A stretch of DNA of 64,000 nt from a virus. Below, piece after piece: positions 63,001 through 64,000 of the stretch. The DNA lies in the IMG/VR virus record IMGVR_UViG_3300045988_172855; one strand, written 5' to 3'. The notes beneath the pieces are model-generated. The model had not been told where the DNA came from. It did no database searches and saw nothing but the letters and a program-made list of their open reading frames with translations. The number at the start of each line of letters is the position of its first letter. The first letter of the stretch is position 1. The translations under genes were made by a program, and so were the position numbers.

Positions 63001-64000
63001 TTCCTCCCCACAAACTAGTTACACTTACAGAACAGTTGTTTGCAGAATGTTCGTAAGGAACAGTTGTTAAAACGGATAATTCGAAATTAATTTGACTATA
63101 CTGAAAAATCAAATCCAAATAATTATTCTGTAAAGGCGGTGTAAATCGACCACTTAATACTGTATGATCTGCTACTTTTGCAGAATAATTCATTGTTACG
63201 GGAGAAATATATATACGAGCAATTCCATTTTCATTTGTAATAACAGTTTGATCTAAACTCATTCCCGTCACTGAAACGTCTGCATCAGAAAGCGGTCTCA
63301 AAGTATTTGCTTGTTTCGCTCTTAACTCAAGTTGTTTTGATGCAATAATTCCCATTTCAACAGTAGGATTGTTTATAAAATCCCAAGTTGAAATAAATAA
63401 TCCATCGTTTTCATAAAATCCTGATTCAGCTACCGTCAATTCGTATTGAACTCCTGGCATTACAACGACATTGACTATTCCATTTGAATTCGTTGTATAT
63501 TGTTTAACTGTATTATCGCGAGTACTCTTGACGTTAATCTTTAAACCTTCCTTTACAGGCAAGTAATTAATTGATCTCTTTTGATCAACTTGAATACTAG
63601 CTGTTATTTGATTGTCACCTGTAGTAACTGTTACATCAATTGCTGCACTTCTCGGTGTCACATCTCTTGTTTCAGGATTTACTTCTACAGTTGCTTGTGA
63701 GCCGTCAAGTGTAATGAATGTCTCAGCCGGAACGGTATTGTAATTTAATCTAGCTCCTCCATAAATAAAATCGTATGGCTCATCTACTCCACCTTCTTTT
63801 AATCTTCGAAAAGTTCTAACATAATCATTTAAATCAAATTCAGCACCTGAATTAGGAATTATAAGGTTTGTAGGAACATTTGCTATATAAATATATTCGT
63901 CTGTACCGGCGACTTCAATTGTATTAGAACCTGATGACCTTACTGTAGTCGCATCACCACTTAAATTAGGAATATTTTCTGTAACGAGAACGCTGTTAGT
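57053..64000 (-). CDS. giant tail fibre / receptor-binding protein (more than 2315 aa; the 5' end lies beyond the window)
   Basis: The track starts it at a GTG (63661), but hand translation shows the frame stays open with no stop from 63661 to 64000 (...PAETFITLDGSQATVEVNPETRDVTPRS...). The body consists of tandem CarboxypepD_reg-like modules. The C-terminal 440 aa follow the right inverted repeat. Confidence 0.75.
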   Translation of the reverse strand, partial: TNSVLVTENIPNLSGDATTVRSSGSNTIEVAGTDEYIYIANVPTNLIIPNSGAEFDLNDYVRTFRRLKEGGVDEPYDFIYGGARLNYNTVPAETFITLDGSQATVEVNPETRDVTPRSAAIDVTVTTGDNQITASIQVDQKRSINYLPVKEGLKINVKSTRDNTVKQYTTNSNGIVNVVVMPGVQYELTVAESGFYENDGLFISTWDFINNPTVEMGIIASKQLELRAKQANTLRPLSDADVSVTGMSLDQTVITNENGIARIYISPVTMNYSAKVADHTVLSGRFTPPLQNNYLDLIFQYSQINFELSVLTTVPYEHSANNCSVSVTSLWGGTTSQQYTFTGTTDDNGDFNSSGNGQFNIPPGEYRITIGSANNNYDIATKDIYLPLDNPVEMVAVRRTISVTATIKEILPLISSTANPVKAGLVLSPFYVEKNTSSGSNLTTNANGQVTKTVYAGLPERFAIQPVGFYEGEGDPFTLDYSNGATQNITLTYTCSKRIPVHVSSDLYGDLERAQVTFTGMSVDQIQETNNAGIAYIYLSPVSMNYTIRKQYYNDLTGSLTPTGQETKLEFTLEAKSYPVKFTVSTGGILPPENIIVRITNTKDESLVYEGTTDIDGVANIPNVLTGTYQYSVLAGEVTTGVFDHPQTEAGTELEVEVQYELINAQIEVRELYGSSSVFAALSNKTLTMNSKAGEITISLDENGTAVMTLIKGLEYTFTVDDYANFYSNPTQSYTWTEDGFVWNMNLNVTAQITLNVKDTYSNVNISGANIQYNLQTKTTDSSGNAVFYRSALTKDYSVTKDDYRTTTGNIEATNSSPIAIKLFRELQSVTINVKEAIPNIEGNLNYANKQITYTNAAGNGTLTLNDDGAISFKCYLGIPTTFAVIDHPNYYSNSSQSHTFATIGESWTMILTCSTTLVVHVEANVPAGEPLPNASVTYFNQTKTTNTDGNATFYRSGLNRNISVSADFLESYSGLITSDQVSPIKVILTRAANPVKIHVVESIPGVTGTWNYASKKINWSAGSAKGTLTLDSSGNATFNGYLGTEMTFTVVDNANFYNNSTQVHTFNTVNENWNMTLTCSAQITVNVKSNAPSANLSNASVTYFNQTKTTGADGNVVFYRSGLDKSITSTVTYHANYSGTITPSNTSPFNIVMSRNQATVSIKVVETIPNIAGTNVYASKSLTMTKNGSSSKITLDINGATTVTTYLGIPTTFAVVDHSNYYSNPSQSYTYTSANQTFNMSLACSAQITVNVKSNVPANTNISGASLTYFNQTKTTDGSGNAVFYRSGLDKPINGSATYFNAYIGTVTHGQSTPYNITFTRTTVTVTLTVMEKLGTYTGAFLNSIVNRTVLGAVTELTLDGSGRKSNTVYAGLTYSYTPKANAGYYSNGTQTHVWTREGESWTMTMTSKTQFVANVKSSNYGWNISGVSATLFGQTVTTDGSGNATVYRGGRTPNYSYSFSKSLYNTASGSIPATQASPWNVTLSETSSSITITIKDNYQGADKGNANGCPVKLTNKNKTSITFSGNTNSSGQVSFGPMIQGTYTLSWGGGTSYWGAQSVDITMPTASIQKSAVRLTKNVILIWYFRVPTQGSRDFYLKAGGVNLFKPVYTTAGVATTVTLGIDHNSNYVIANYTFIAGLNTTMGASNAYFVTGTTTTHTMYNVTPTYNFSNVTGIKYFTAIKALTLTVQNSLTNANVSGATVTVYGIDGSNATSASAQNLTTNSNGQTTVYVSGLTNRYIISASRYDILNTTNANTTNFTLKLVPSEMNLTINVKRSDNTSLVAASCIVKLSNNNSAVNYSGTTNASGQLVLKIRPGNYWTEAGGSTAWGGTGTNNFPVPNRSGSAVSFISDQSITLYALYISSSGWFAPVTSKKVARAIRTVYTGISDNNRYSRENANTSSCCAFFPYTPGVNSSLFLASVSNASSSIDTYFYPSDGGNTRNYSQFTTSQVSKTRCIYSSKGSDGYSVNIFKHFTWHANSVYYVNTITYRGVNEGRSARSFGDTSIRSIKRVFNTYTSTHAFCHIYHSDYCLVLSKAFESRAIRENTVALLSGSCSTNAHVLPDNISSDYYGIKLIGFADKKALLILRGNDSYIFEIVTGNFNVNSSGHLGSLSSFYETPSNHVFNQNLGPNIWVSFDTKWIFFVPKSQNTSIAYPKGLNSYYGNKEFITSNVTNYIENNASYLNTSHTSAIRSALSNVYVQEIIFNKTSDKMIVLTNSVSGSFAVTNSFTFDGDSHNPDRMFAFVYQANTASWINVSSIVDRVNLWNSYNESDSLKRPSLLLQDNDGNWTLSWGKPAYNVDYYISYTNTIW
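58373..58438 (-). repeat. right arm of the 66-bp perfect inverted repeat (inside the fibre gene)
   Basis: Exact reverse complement of 55577..55642. It starts on a codon boundary of the fibre ORF. Confidence 0.95.
59450..61800 (-). repeat. about five tandem copies of a diverged 495-498-bp unit (165-aa two-domain module) inside the fibre gene
   Basis: The landmark cgataaaat (FYRS on the minus strand) recurs at 60141, 60639, 61134 and 61632, with a variant near 59650. The protein module is ...VTYFNQTKTT.DGN..FYRSGL...TFAVVDH.NYYSN.SQS.T.... Confidence 0.7.

Noticed and set aside
50078-64000. A diversity-generating retroelement as the source of fibre variation.
   Set aside because: No reverse transcriptase ORF is present in the window. 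The RNase H gene at 15251..15733 is a stand-alone RNase HI. The repeated units are whole protein-domain repeats, not a template/variable repeat pair.
1-64000. QueC (7-cyano-7-deazaguanine synthase), searched for to complete the preQ0 pathway.
   Set aside because: No ORF carries the SGGxDS PP-loop motif. The SGG matches in SbcC (YSGGEQ) are the ABC signature motif. Absence can only be claimed for this window.

Overview
This window looks like a 64-kb slice of a large, AT-rich, apparently lytic dsDNA phage genome. No integrase or repressor was recognised. Almost every gene is on the minus strand and genes are tightly packed, often with overlapping stop and start codons. The host is probably a member of the Bacteroidota. 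This is inferred from three things: a recurring TTG-N19/20-TAnnTTTA promoter-like box, the absence of Shine-Dalgarno (SD) sequences at most starts I checked, and BspA-type leucine-rich repeats in a fibre protein.

Layout, left to right on the + strand (the reverse of transcription):
- 0.3-1.5 kb: lysis genes, including an M15 peptidase endolysin.
- 1.6-10.4 kb: many small orphan genes that look like early genes, separated by promoter boxes and hairpin terminators.
- 10.9-12.6 kb: a DpdA-like transglycosylase and a PTPS-like/P-loop fusion protein.
- 13.3-32.7 kb: a large replication and recombination module. It has a UvrD-like helicase, a small nucleotidyltransferase, RNase HI, an SNF2 helicase, NAD-dependent ligase, RuvC-like resolvase, SbcC/SbcD, bacterial-type RecA, a gp32-like SSB candidate, and a DnaE-type polymerase. 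The polymerase is split into two overlapping ORFs and also carries a 406-aa LAGLIDADG intein.
- 33.3-36.5 kb: a 7-deazaguanine precursor operon (P-loop NTPase, MazG, FolE, QueE, QueD) with no QueC.
- 37.5-43.5 kb: primase, DnaB-like helicase, TerL, DnaQ-like exonuclease and an HNH endonuclease.
- 44.5-47.7 kb: an accessory block that, unusually here, uses strong SD sites.
- 48.6-64.0 kb: tail and fibre genes, including two giant proteins built from tandem beta-sandwich domains (1809 aa and more than 2300 aa).

The most striking feature is a pair of 66-bp perfect, in-frame inverted repeats at 55577..55642 and 58373..58438. They bracket the current C-terminus of the giant fibre gene and a convergent, homologous cassette with no ATG start, which is the only + strand coding segment in the window. 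This is the architecture of an invertible receptor-binding switch like the Mu G and P1 C segments, but no invertase is visible in these 64 kb. No tRNA, rRNA or CRISPR array was seen.
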